From contig JBDKFG010000010.1 in NCBI GenBank assembly GCA_039798785.1, positions 1-64,000 on the forward strand: DNA of 64,000 nucleotides. Direction: 5' to 3'. The position numbers and the translations under genes are program-made. This DNA is from Verrucomicrobiota bacterium. Its GTDB lineage: Bacteria > Verrucomicrobiota > Lentisphaeria > Lentisphaerales > Lentisphaeraceae. Position 1 is the stretch's first letter. Each line of letters opens with the position of its first letter. Positions 31,308-42,799 of the stretch are shown one piece after another. The notes beneath the pieces are model-generated. The model made no database searches, was not told where the DNA came from, and saw only the letters and a list, made by a program, of their open reading frames with translations.

Positions 31308-32786
31308 ATGAACGTCCATTTCATCACCCAATGCGTCGTCGAGCACGAAGTCGACTGCCTCGTCATCCCGGTTTACGAAGGCGAGATCGCCAAGGCTCTG
31401 GAAACCCGCCTTCTCCAGCCCGAAGACCGCACCATCCTGTCGATCCTGGTCGAGAAGAAGCAGATCACCGGCAAGGAGAACTTCTACCTGCCCACCCCGA
31501 TGGCCAACTACGAATCGGTGCTCATCCTCGGCCTCGGCAAGAAGGAAGGCTGCGGCGCCCGCAAACTCCGCGAAGCCACCGGCAAGGCCGCCGCCACCAT
31601 CAGCGCCGCCAAGAAAAAACACCTCTTCCTCGAAATCGCCCACACCGAGCTCTGCGCCGGCGCCTTCGTCGAGGGCCTGATGCTCGGCCAATACCGCTAC
31701 GATGAGTTCCGCAGCGTCGACAAGGAGAACCCCCCAGTCTCCGTCAGCGAAATCTGCGTCCATGCCGCCGACGGCGTCGATCTCCTCCTCGCCCAGGGTC
31801 ATGTCTCCCGCGCCATCGTCCAGGCCGAATCGGTCAACTGGGCCCGCGACCTCGGCAACGCCCCCGGCAACGCCATGACCCCCTCCATCCTCGCCGCCCG
31901 CGCCAGCGCCATGGGCACCGAACTCGGCGCCGAAGTCACCGTCCTCGGCGAAAAAGAGATGGCCGCCCTTGGCATGGGCTCGCTCCTCGCCGTCGCCCAA
32001 GGCTCCGACCAGGAAGCCAAGCTGATCTGCCTCAAATACAGCCACCCGAAAGCGACCAAGACCGTCGCTCTGGTCGGCAAAGGCCTCACCTTTGACGCCG
32101 GCGGCATCAGCATCAAGCCCGGCAAGGGCATGGAAGAGATGAAGTTCGACATGTGCGGCGCCGCCGCCGTCCTCGGTGCCATGCGTGACATCCTCCACGC
32201 CAAGCCGATGATCAACGTCGTCTGCGTCGTCCCCTCGACCGAAAACCTCATCAACGGCAAGGCCGTCAAACCCGGCGACATCGTCAAGTCGATGAGCGGC
32301 AAAACCATCGAGATCTACAACACCGACGCCGAAGGCCGCCTCATCCTCTGCGATGCCATGACCTGGACCCTGAAAAACCACAAGCCGGACTTCATGATCG
32401 ACATCGCCACCCTCACCGGCGCGGTCATCACCGGCCTCGGCCACCACTGCGCCGCCGTCATGTCGAAAGACGATGAGATGGCCAACGCCCTCATCGCCGC
32501 CGGCGAAGAAAGCTCCGACCGCCTCTGGCGCCTCCCTCTTTGGGAAGAACACGCCAAGCTGATGAAAGGCAAGGACGCCGACCTCTGCAACATCGGCCCC
32601 GGTTACGCCGGCACCATCACCGCCGGCGCCTTCCTTAGCGTCTTCGCCGAGGGCACCCGCTGGGCCCACCTCGACATCGCCGGCACCGCCTGGAACTACA
32701 AAGGTTCCTCGTGCCTCAGCGACAAGCTCGCCTCCGGTTTCGGCGTCCGCCTCCTCAGCAACTGGGTCAACAAGCTGGCCGAATAA
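31308..32786 (+). CDS. pepA: Leucyl aminopeptidase (M17)
   Basis: VGKGLTFDAGG, MKFDMCG, NTDAEGRLILCD, ATLTGA, HLDIAGT. Confidence 0.96.
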   Translation: MNVHFITQCVVEHEVDCLVIPVYEGEIAKALETRLLQPEDRTILSILVEKKQITGKENFYLPTPMANYESVLILGLGKKEGCGARKLREATGKAAATISAAKKKHLFLEIAHTELCAGAFVEGLMLGQYRYDEFRSVDKENPPVSVSEICVHAADGVDLLLAQGHVSRAIVQAESVNWARDLGNAPGNAMTPSILAARASAMGTELGAEVTVLGEKEMAALGMGSLLAVAQGSDQEAKLICLKYSHPKATKTVALVGKGLTFDAGGISIKPGKGMEEMKFDMCGAAAVLGAMRDILHAKPMINVVCVVPSTENLINGKAVKPGDIVKSMSGKTIEIYNTDAEGRLILCDAMTWTLKNHKPDFMIDIATLTGAVITGLGHHCAAVMSKDDEMANALIAAGEESSDRLWRLPLWEEHAKLMKGKDADLCNIGPGYAGTITAGAFLSVFAEGTRWAHLDIAGTAWNYKGSSCLSDKLASGFGVRLLSNWVNKLAE

Positions 32787-32806
32787 GCCTTCGCAAGCTC
32801 GCCCCC

Positions 32807-32840
32807 AAGCGCCCCGCCTGTCCTGCAGGCGGGGCGCTTT
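32807..32840 (+). terminator. Terminator after pepA
   Basis: aagcgccccgcctg-tcctg-caggcggggcgcttt. Confidence 0.75.
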
Positions 32841-32894
32841 CATGCTCAGAAAACCCTCGGCCCCTTCCGTGACCTCCGTGTCTTCCGTGGTTAA

Positions 32895-35207
<2,313 letters not shown>

Positions 35208-35230
35208 GCTTCAGAGAAGTTCGTACAAAC

Positions 35231-35256
35231 GCCCCCGCGATGAGAGTCGCGGGGGC
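35231..35256 (+). terminator. Terminator after icd
   Basis: gcccccgcga-tgagag-tcgcgggggc. Confidence 0.75.
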
Positions 35257-35306
35257 AATTCCTTTCCTCTGAGTTTTTCAGAAAGGCTCTCGAAAAACTT
35301 GCTTTC

Positions 35307-35475
35307 GCTTACGATCGGACGCGAAGTCTCCCGCACCTACGGCAACGGCCTCCAAACCAGCAGCGTCTGCGCCCGCGTCGACAACTTGATCACCTCGATC
35401 TCGGTCGCCAACAAACCCGAGCTCAGCTTCAACTACAGCTACGACTCCAATAAAAACGTCACCGCCGAACAAGGC
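35307..35475 (+). pseudogene. RHS/YD-repeat protein fragment
   Basis: GREVSRTYGNGL..DNLITSISVANKPELSFNYSYDSNKNVTAE; no credible start or end. Confidence 0.65.
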
Positions 35476-35565
35476 ACTTCACACCAATCTCATCGAGGGG
35501 AGAGATATCAAGTCGCTTTTTTGGGGCTCGGGCGGGAGCAGGTGGTTTGAGAGCGCGATTCGAGT

Positions 35566-36273
35566 TCAGTGCGGAGCGCAGCGGCTGAGCACCGAGATCA
35601 AGGCGGTGCAAGCGGTTTCGGTGCGCAGGACGTGACGACCGACGCAGAGACCGTCGACGCCGCGGGCTTTGAGAGCCTTGATCTCCTTGTCGCTGAAGCC
35701 GCCTTCGGGACCGACGAAGAGGGCGAGGTCGCCGTAGATCTCGCCGAGATTCTCGACCGCGCTGTTTTCTTCAGGGATGGCGCCGTAATAGGAGTGGGCC
35801 GGTGCGGCCGCCAGAGCCTTGTCGAAGGCAATCAAGGAGACGATTTCCGGCAGCCAGGGGTTGCCGCTCTGTTTCAAGGCAGCGACAAGATCGGGCTCGT
35901 AGTCGTCAGCGGTCTTGTCAGTAGGACGCGACACAGAGCGCTCGCAGTCGAGCAGGACGATACGCCAGACGCCGAGTTCGACTGCCTGCTTGAGGATCTG
36001 GGTGAGGAGGGAGTTCGCAGGGGGCGCGACATAAAGATGCAGTTTCAAGCGCGGCGGCAAGGCTTGATGGCGCGAAGTGATCTCAGCCAAGACTTCGTCG
36101 CGGCCGGCACCCATTCGCGTCAAAGCCCGGGCGACACAGCCCTTGCCGTCGAGCAATTGAATTTCATCGCCAGGACGGCCGCGCAAAGCACGGAGGAAGT
36201 GGCGGGCCTCGTCGCGCGGCAGTTCGACGCTTTCACCCAGGGCGGGAATATGGGGAACCAGGAAGCTCGGCAT
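35566..36273 (-). CDS. rsmE: 16S rRNA m3U1498 methyltransferase
   Basis: H..RALR, AVELGV, FVGPEGGFS, VLRTETA. Confidence 0.93.
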   Translation of the reverse strand: MPSFLVPHIPALGESVELPRDEARHFLRALRGRPGDEIQLLDGKGCVARALTRMGAGRDEVLAEITSRHQALPPRLKLHLYVAPPANSLLTQILKQAVELGVWRIVLLDCERSVSRPTDKTADDYEPDLVAALKQSGNPWLPEIVSLIAFDKALAAAPAHSYYGAIPEENSAVENLGEIYGDLALFVGPEGGFSDKEIKALKARGVDGLCVGRHVLRTETACTALISVLSRCAPH

Positions 36274-36285
36274 GGGGGACCTATC

Positions 36286-36312
36286 AATTAAGAATTAAGA
36301 ATTAAGAATTAA
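36286..36312. repeat. (AATTAAG)n heptamer arm, downstream side of the ankyrin gene
   Basis: aattaagaattaagaattaagaattaa. Confidence 0.9.
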
Positions 36313-36333
36313 AGGAAGCGAAGGATTGTGGGT

Positions 36334-36693
36334 TTATTGGCATGATTTCCTCCATAATAAATCTTTTGTCGAGTTGCCATAGCAATCTTTGATGTCAGGA
36401 TCGGCTCCAAGTTGCAATAAAAGTCGTATGATGTCAATGGATCCCAATGATGCTGCTAAGGCTAATGGAGTAGTGTTGTAGTCGCCACGAGCATTAAGAT
36501 CCAAGCCATTCGCAATCAGGAAACGGATTTCCTCTTCGTTTTTTCGTCCAACTGCGACATGCAACAAGGTGTCATTGCAAGAGTTTTTGGCATTAAGATT
36601 GACTCCAAAGAACTTGCCTCTGCACTTAATGCTATAGCCCTCTTCAGCTTGATCCAATAATCCAGTTAAGTTAATGATTTTTCTTGCGCTCAT
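36334..36693 (-). CDS. Small AT-rich ankyrin-repeat protein (possible orphan immunity protein)
   Basis: DTLLHVAV..LIANGLDLNARG..TTPLALAA..LLLQLGADPDIKD; much more AT-rich than neighbours. Confidence 0.85.
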   Translation of the reverse strand: MSARKIINLTGLLDQAEEGYSIKCRGKFFGVNLNAKNSCNDTLLHVAVGRKNEEEIRFLIANGLDLNARGDYNTTPLALAASLGSIDIIRLLLQLGADPDIKDCYGNSTKDLLWRKSCQ

Positions 36694-36701
36694 GGGTGCT
36701 C

Positions 36702-36732
36702 ATTCTTAATTCTTAATTCTTAATTCTTAATT
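36702..36732. repeat. (CTTAATT)n heptamer arm, upstream side of the ankyrin gene
   Basis: attcttaattcttaattcttaattcttaatt; 36706-36732 is the exact reverse complement of 36286-36312. Confidence 0.9.
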
Positions 36733-36734
36733 TT

Positions 36735-37175
36735 TTAGATTTTCCATTCCTTCAGGCCTTGGGCGCTGAGGGCTTGGAAGACGGCGGCGTATTGGCGGAT
36801 CTGCTTGAGCAGGGAGGAAAGGCCGTTGCGGCGGTTCATCGACAGGTGTTGCGAGACACCGGCTTTTTCGAGGGCGCTGGGGTCGACGGCGATGACTTCT
36901 GCGGGGCTGAGGCCGGAGTGGAGGCGGCAGACGGCGACGCCGAGGCCCTTGGGGATGGTGGCATCGGAATCGCAGGAGAAGTTGACCAGGCCGTCCTGGA
37001 AGGAAGGGACGAGCCAGAGTTGCGAGGTGCAGCCCTGGATGCGGTATTTGTCGATCTTGAAGTCTTCTGCGAGGGGGGCTTCGGAGCGACCGAGGCGGAT
37101 GAGGAATTCGAAGCGTTCGTCGGGGCCCGGGAGGGCGGCGATTTCTGCGAGCAGGGCCTTTTGAGAATCAAGCAT
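36735..37175 (-). CDS. sufE: SufE family Fe-S metabolism protein
   Basis: IQGCTSQLW, DSDATIPKGL, LSMNRRNGL. Confidence 0.92.
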   Translation of the reverse strand: MLDSQKALLAEIAALPGPDERFEFLIRLGRSEAPLAEDFKIDKYRIQGCTSQLWLVPSFQDGLVNFSCDSDATIPKGLGVAVCRLHSGLSPAEVIAVDPSALEKAGVSQHLSMNRRNGLSSLLKQIRQYAAVFQALSAQGLKEWKI

Positions 37176-37989
37176 GATGACGGTTCCGGATGAGTTGCCA
37201 GGCCCAGATGCCGAAGAACTGGGCCGAGCTGATGAGGATGATGGTGGCGCCGGCGGGGCTGTTCGACCAGTAGGAGCAATATAGGCCGAGGATGCTGGAT
37301 GACATCGCCAAGGCGGCTGCGACCGCCATCATGGAATTGAGCCGATGACAGAGAAGGCGGGCGGTGGCGGCGGGAATGATGGCCAGAGCCGAGACCATCA
37401 TCACTCCGACGGCGCTGATGCCGGCGACCAGGGCGAGTGAGAAGATCATCAGCAGCGACAGTCGAAGTCGGTCGGGGTTGATGCCGATGCTCTGGGCGTA
37501 GATCGGGTCGGCGGCGGCGAGTGCCAGCTCCTTGCCGAGGCCGAAGAGGATGGCCAGGCAGATCAGCGTCGCGATGCCCATCATCAATAGATTTTCAGGA
37601 GTCACCGAGAGCAGTGAGCCGAAGAGGATGTGCTGGAGGTTTTTGAAGGAGCTTGACTTGGAGAGGAGGAAATAGCCGAGGGCAAGCATCGAGGTGAAGA
37701 CCACCATCAAGGCGCCGTCTTCGCCGATGCGACCTTTGCGGGCGACGGCTCCGATGAGCAGGGCGGCGCCGATGGTGCCGATCAAGGCGCCGGCCTGGAG
37801 GTTGACGCCCAGGAGGGCTGCAGCCGCGACGCCGGGCAGGGAGGCGTGCGCCAGTGCGTCGCCGATGAATCCGATGCGGCGAAGCAGGACGTGGCAGCCG
37901 AGGATCGCGCAGAGCGGCGCGATGAGGAGCAGCGCCATGAAGGCCCGCCGCATGAAGACTTCTTGCCAGGGATCGAGGAGCCAGTGCAT
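37168..37989 (-). CDS. Zn/Mn ABC transporter permease
   Basis: FIGDALAHASLPG, ILFGSLL, IIPAATA. Confidence 0.92.
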   Translation of the reverse strand: MHWLLDPWQEVFMRRAFMALLLIAPLCAILGCHVLLRRIGFIGDALAHASLPGVAAAALLGVNLQAGALIGTIGAALLIGAVARKGRIGEDGALMVVFTSMLALGYFLLSKSSSFKNLQHILFGSLLSVTPENLLMMGIATLICLAILFGLGKELALAAADPIYAQSIGINPDRLRLSLLMIFSLALVAGISAVGVMMVSALAIIPAATARLLCHRLNSMMAVAAALAMSSSILGLYCSYWSNSPAGATIILISSAQFFGIWAWQLIRNRHHA

Positions 37990-38058
37990 GAGTGAATCCA
38001 GGGAGTGAGGGAGTGGGAGAGTGGGCTTGAGCTTGTTGACGCTCGAACGGCCAGGGGC

Positions 38059-38802
38059 TCAAGGCCCTGCCGGTTGGCGCAGGTCGACTTCCTTCTCGAT
38101 CCGCCCCATGTTCATGTGGACCTGGCGATCGAAGTGGTTCTCAAGGTCGTCGAGATGGTGGGTGGCGGTGATCAGGGTCCGCCCTTCGGCCGAGAGCCCG
38201 TCGAAGAGCTGGAGCATTTCCTGGCGGCTTTCCGGGTCGAGGGCATTGAAGGGTTCGTCGAGAAGGAGCAGGTCGGCTTCCTGGATCAAGGCGCGGCCGA
38301 TCAGAGCGCGCTGCTGCTGCCCGCCCGAGAGCTGGCCGATCTGCCGCTGCAGGAAGGGGGCGAGACGGAGCTTGGCGGCGATTTCGACGACCCGGGCGCG
38401 ATCCTCTACCGAGGGGCGCTTGAGCCAACCGAGGTGGACGAAGCGGCCGCTGAGCAGCAGGTCCATCAGGGTCATCGGGAAGGTCCAGTCGACGCTGGAG
38501 CGCTGCGCCAGGTAGGCGATGCGGTGGCGGCAGGAGCTGGGGCTGTGGCCGCCGACGAGCAGCTCACCCTCGGTGCGCGGCACCAGCCCGGCGATGGCCT
38601 TCAGCACGGTCGATTTGCCGCAGCCGTTGTGACCGGTGAGGGCGAGCCGTTCGCCGGTCTTGACGGCGAAGCTGACGCCGCAGACCGCGTGAATGCCGCC
38701 GGCGTAGCTGACGCAGAGGCCTCGCAGCGCCATCGCGGCGACGCCGCTGTGGCTATGGGTGCAGGTGGCGGCTTCCTGGCGTCCGCCATAAGGAAGGATC
38801 AT
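38059..38802 (-). CDS. Zn/Mn ABC transporter ATP-binding protein
   Basis: GHNGCGKST, LSGGQQQR, LLLDEPF, ATHH. Confidence 0.92.
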   Translation of the reverse strand: MILPYGGRQEAATCTHSHSGVAAMALRGLCVSYAGGIHAVCGVSFAVKTGERLALTGHNGCGKSTVLKAIAGLVPRTEGELLVGGHSPSSCRHRIAYLAQRSSVDWTFPMTLMDLLLSGRFVHLGWLKRPSVEDRARVVEIAAKLRLAPFLQRQIGQLSGGQQQRALIGRALIQEADLLLLDEPFNALDPESRQEMLQLFDGLSAEGRTLITATHHLDDLENHFDRQVHMNMGRIEKEVDLRQPAGP

Positions 38803-38951
38803 AGGAGCTTCCAAGGTTGAAAGGTGGAAAGGTGCAATGCTTCAAAAGTTGATTGACGATGGCAAGTGCGAGAGGGCTTGGCCGCCTCGACAGCCTCGTT
38901 CAATGCCTTTTGCAGGCTATGGGTTTTCATTCGTCCGCCTTTCCATCCTGT

Positions 38952-39893
38952 TCATTTCAGGGCCTGGATCATGGTGCTGAGATTGGAGCGGAACATCGCC
39001 TCGTAGCTGGGCGTGTCCGGCCCGAGGCCGTCGCAGTGGAGCAGCTCCATCTTGATGCCGATCTCTCCGGCGACCGTGGCTGCGAGCTTGTCCGGTCCGG
39101 GAGCCTCGCCGAAGATCGCCGGGATCTTCGCCTCGCGCAGCTTCTGGCACAGCTCTTTCAAGTCGGAGGCGGCGGGGTCCGGCGCTTCGGTGCTGAAGGA
39201 TTTGAGGATGACGCCGATGCGCCGGAAGTCGTAGTCGGCGGCGAAATAGCCGAAGGTGTCGTGGGTGGAGGCGATGAGGCGGCGCTCCTTGGGTAGGGCC
39301 TCGAGCTCCTTGCGGGCCCAGTTCTCAAGCTCGACCAGCTTGAAGTCGTAGGCGGCGAGACGGCTCTGGTAATAGGCTGCGTTCGACTTGTCCTCGGAGC
39401 TCAGGATCTCGCAGATCCGGGCGCACATCTGGCGGGCCTTGGCGATGCTGTGGAAGGCGTGCGGATCAATGCTGGAATGCTTGTGGGCGCAGCAGCCGTG
39501 GCAGGTGGTCTCGCCGCCGTTCTTGTCGATCACCCGGGCTGTGATCACCTCGCCGACCGAAACCTGGCGCGCCCGGGTCCCGGCGCCAAGCGCCGCCTTG
39601 CCACACCACTCGTCGAAGCCCAGTCCGAGCGAGAAGACCACTTTTGCGCGTGAGAGCGCGCGCGCGTCACTAGGGACAGCCTCGTAAGCATGGGGGTCGG
39701 TGCCGGCCTTTGCCATCACTTCCAAATCGATTTTGTCGCCGCCGATCTCCTTCACCCAGTCGCCGATGATGCTGAAGCTGGCCACCACGGGCAGTTTTTC
39801 ACCGACCCGGCCCCCTCCCGCGGCAGGCGCGCCGTCGCAGGCTCCCAGACTAAGGAGTGTCAAGAGAGCGAGGATTAAAGAGCTGAGCTTCAT
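38952..39893 (-). CDS. Zn/Mn ABC transporter substrate-binding lipoprotein
   Basis: Lipobox LGAC, DPHAYE, DPHAF, HDTFGYF, His/Cys-rich loop. Confidence 0.92.
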   Translation of the reverse strand: MKLSSLILALLTLLSLGACDGAPAAGGGRVGEKLPVVASFSIIGDWVKEIGGDKIDLEVMAKAGTDPHAYEAVPSDARALSRAKVVFSLGLGFDEWCGKAALGAGTRARQVSVGEVITARVIDKNGGETTCHGCCAHKHSSIDPHAFHSIAKARQMCARICEILSSEDKSNAAYYQSRLAAYDFKLVELENWARKELEALPKERRLIASTHDTFGYFAADYDFRRIGVILKSFSTEAPDPAASDLKELCQKLREAKIPAIFGEAPGPDKLAATVAGEIGIKMELLHCDGLGPDTPSYEAMFRSNLSTMIQALK

Positions 39894-39957
39894 GTCGGTT
39901 CCTGGGGTGAAAGGGTTTCGCGTGCCGAAAAACTAGCACCGCAGCGCCATGAATCAA

Positions 39958-39981
39958 TAAATGCAATCGCATTATCATTAG
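39958..39981 (-). promoter_or_regulatory. Possible Fur/Zur-family operator
   Basis: taatgataatgcgattgcattta (minus strand), an AT-rich near-palindrome upstream of the metal ABC operon. Confidence 0.45.
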
Positions 39982-40226
39982 TAAAACTGTGATTATGAAA
40001 AGTGGAAAGGAGCTTAAACTTGATTGCGTGTCCTCCGTCCTGGGGATTTCCGGGATCTTCTCTGTTTGGTTAATTCATTGTTGATAAGTGTTTTGTGTGT
40101 AAGTCAACGGGGTTCGCGGAAAATTTCCCGGGAAAAAGTGTTGGGGTTGTGACTTGCCAAGGGGCTGCAGTCTGACTAGTGTGGCATCCCCGGAGGTGAC
40201 TCCGGCCATTGGGAATCAGGGGACTC

Positions 40227-41615
40227 ATGAAAACTGACGGACAGAAAAGCTGGAAGCTGGCTCTTGAAGAGATCAAGAGCCGGGTTGAGGTCAAAGAGTA
40301 CGACATGTTCTTCGCTCGTCTGAGCTTGGAGAGCTTCGATTCGGATCATTACCAGGTGCAGTCGAATCTAGATGGCTTTGCCTATCTCTGGTTCCAGAAG
40401 AACTACGAGGCGCAGATGCTCAAGCCGGCACTCGAGAAGCAGCTCGGCCGCAAGGTCAGGCTCAGCGTCTTCGAGACTCCTGAAGAAGGTGACAGGCCGC
40501 AAGCTGTCGCTCGTCAGCAGCGACGCAACGTCGCCGCCGCCGCTCCGGCTTACAGCGCTCCCGTCGCCGTGGCTCCGCCGCAGAACTTCAATCCCCGCTT
40601 CACCTTCGACAGCTTCGTCACCGGCGAAGAGACCAAGTTCGCCGTCGCTGCCGCCAAGGCGGTCGCCGAATGTCCCGGCCATGTCTACAATCCTCTTTTC
40701 ATCTACGGCGGCACCGGTCTCGGCAAAACCCATTTGATGCAGGCCATCGCCCAGGAGGCGGTGTCGCAGAACCCCCGTCTCAGGGTGGAGTACCTGACTT
40801 CCGAGGAGTTCACCAACCGCTTCATCGAGGCGACCCAGAAGAAGTCGCACAACGCCTTCCGCAATCATTTCCGCTCCCTCGACCTGCTGCTCATCGACGA
40901 CATCCAGTTCCTCAAGGGCAAGGCCGGCACGCAGGAAGAGTTCTTCCACACTTTCAACAAGCTCTTCAACGGCCACAAGCAGATCGTCCTCGCCTCCGAC
41001 CGCGCCCCCGCCGATCTCGACGGCCTGGAGAAACGCTTGGTCTCGCGCTTCGAACACGGCCAGATCGTCGACGTCTACGCACCCGATTACGAGACCCGCG
41101 TCGCCATCTTGCGCCAGAAGCAGCAGAGCCAGAAACTCAAGCTCTCCAACGAGCTGATCGACTTCATCGCCCAGAACGTCCGCTCCAACGTCCGCCGCCT
41201 CGAAGGTGCCCTCACACGCCTGGTCTCCTACGCCTCGGTCGCCGGACGCGAACTCTCCCTCGAAGACGCCCGCCGCCAGCTCGCCGCCTTCGTCGAGGAA
41301 GAGGCGCCGGTCAAACGCGTCACCATCCAGGTCATCCAGCGCCGTGTCGCCGAACACTTCGACGTCACCCTGAAAGACCTCCTCGGTAGCCGCCGCCCTG
41401 CCAATATCGCCTTCCCCCGCCAGGTCGCGATGTACCTGTCGCGCGAACTCACCGGCGAATCCCTCCCAAGCATCGGCGACAGCTTCAACCGCAATCACGC
41501 CACCGTGCTCCATGCGGTCAATGCTGTCAAGAGCCGCCTCAGTGATGACGAGGGTCTCAGAAGCTCGATCCAGTCCATTAAAAATTCTTTCCAGAATTCC
41601 ATCGGCAGCGTTTGA
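40227..41615 (+). CDS. dnaA: Chromosomal replication initiator DnaA
   Basis: FTFDSFV, YNPLFIYGGTGLGKTHL, LLLIDDIQFL, QEEFFHTFN, NVRRLEGAL, RQVAMYL. Confidence 0.97.
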   Translation: MKTDGQKSWKLALEEIKSRVEVKEYDMFFARLSLESFDSDHYQVQSNLDGFAYLWFQKNYEAQMLKPALEKQLGRKVRLSVFETPEEGDRPQAVARQQRRNVAAAAPAYSAPVAVAPPQNFNPRFTFDSFVTGEETKFAVAAAKAVAECPGHVYNPLFIYGGTGLGKTHLMQAIAQEAVSQNPRLRVEYLTSEEFTNRFIEATQKKSHNAFRNHFRSLDLLLIDDIQFLKGKAGTQEEFFHTFNKLFNGHKQIVLASDRAPADLDGLEKRLVSRFEHGQIVDVYAPDYETRVAILRQKQQSQKLKLSNELIDFIAQNVRSNVRRLEGALTRLVSYASVAGRELSLEDARRQLAAFVEEEAPVKRVTIQVIQRRVAEHFDVTLKDLLGSRRPANIAFPRQVAMYLSRELTGESLPSIGDSFNRNHATVLHAVNAVKSRLSDDEGLRSSIQSIKNSFQNSIGSV

Positions 41616-41639
41616 CAGATCGAAAAAGGCCAGTAAACT
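41612..41639 (+). promoter_or_regulatory. Sigma70 promoter for the tRNA-Ala pair
   Basis: TTGACA (overlapping the dnaA stop)-N16-TAAACT. Confidence 0.7.
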
Positions 41640-41677
41640 CTGGCCCGTTCCCGAAAGGGAGCACAGCCAAAACCTCC

Positions 41678-41754
<77 letters not shown>

Positions 41755-41764
41755 CCCTCTCCAA

Positions 41765-41841
<77 letters not shown>

Positions 41842-41851
41842 GATCATCTAG

Positions 41852-41877
41852 GCCGTCCGCAAGGACGGCTTTTTTTT
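41852..41877 (+). terminator. Terminator after tRNA-Ala pair
   Basis: gccgtcc-gcaa-ggacggc followed by a T run. Confidence 0.9.
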
Positions 41878-41952
41878 GACCACTTCTTGGAGTTTGCAAA
41901 TCTGGTAAATGTGTCGATTTTATCGGGGGCAATGAAGTCGTGGAGGGGTTAA

Positions 41953-42597
41953 ATGACAGCAAAACTCGGCGCGATCGTGATGAGCTGTTTCTATGCCGGC
42001 TTCTGGTGCAGCTCCAACCTGCTGCGCTGGGCCGAGCCTCGAGGCGCCTATGTGGCGAGTTTCTCGGGTTGGCCCCTGGTTCAAAGCCAAAGCGTGGATC
42101 ATCAATTGACTGTCCCTTCGTCGCCCTATTTCGAGGCTATGCCGGAGGCAGTCTGGGTGAATCTCCTATTTTTGCTGCTGGGGACTCTCCTGACCTTCTT
42201 CTGCAGCCTTCGGCTGCTTGACCGTCTGATCGATAAGCCCAAGCCACGCCACATCGTCCGTCCGGACTTCAAGCTTCAGGCGGATGTCGTGGACTTCCAT
42301 CCCAAAGTCCAGCGCTGGCCCTTCCTGCCGAGTCTCCGCACGATCTTCTTGTCCTTGGCGGTCTTTGCCTTCCTCTACGCCAACGTCTCGGGGTTTTTCG
42401 GCGGCTCGAGCTGCCACTCCTGGAGCGAACGCAGGGCAGGGTTCCCGCTGACCTACTGGAAAGAAACCTTCGAACTCTATTCCCCGTGGAGCTCCAGCCG
42501 GACGGAGGAATGGTGCCTCGGCAAGATGACCTTCAACCTCCTTCTGGGCCTGGCGCTCTTCGGCGCTTCCTTCCGCCTCTGTCGAAAAGGGACTTGA
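41953..42597 (+). CDS. Hypothetical membrane protein with two similar halves
   Basis: GGAGG RBS; four TM segments; GWPL / GFPL motif in each half. Confidence 0.65.
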   Translation: MTAKLGAIVMSCFYAGFWCSSNLLRWAEPRGAYVASFSGWPLVQSQSVDHQLTVPSSPYFEAMPEAVWVNLLFLLLGTLLTFFCSLRLLDRLIDKPKPRHIVRPDFKLQADVVDFHPKVQRWPFLPSLRTIFLSLAVFAFLYANVSGFFGGSSCHSWSERRAGFPLTYWKETFELYSPWSSSRTEEWCLGKMTFNLLLGLALFGASFRLCRKGT

Positions 42598-42799
42598 GGA
42601 ATAGACGGAAGATCGAGCTTGTGCTCGAAGCTTCCGACGCAGCCCGAGCTCCATCAGCAGGAAGGCTAGGGCGGCGCAGCGGCGCCCACGCATAGTCGGA
42701 GATCAGCCCCAGCTATCGACTGCGCCAAGCTTTTTTCATCTCCTCCGTGCTTTTCATCCGTCCCCGCGCTAAACTGAGGCGAGACACGGAGGAAATCTC

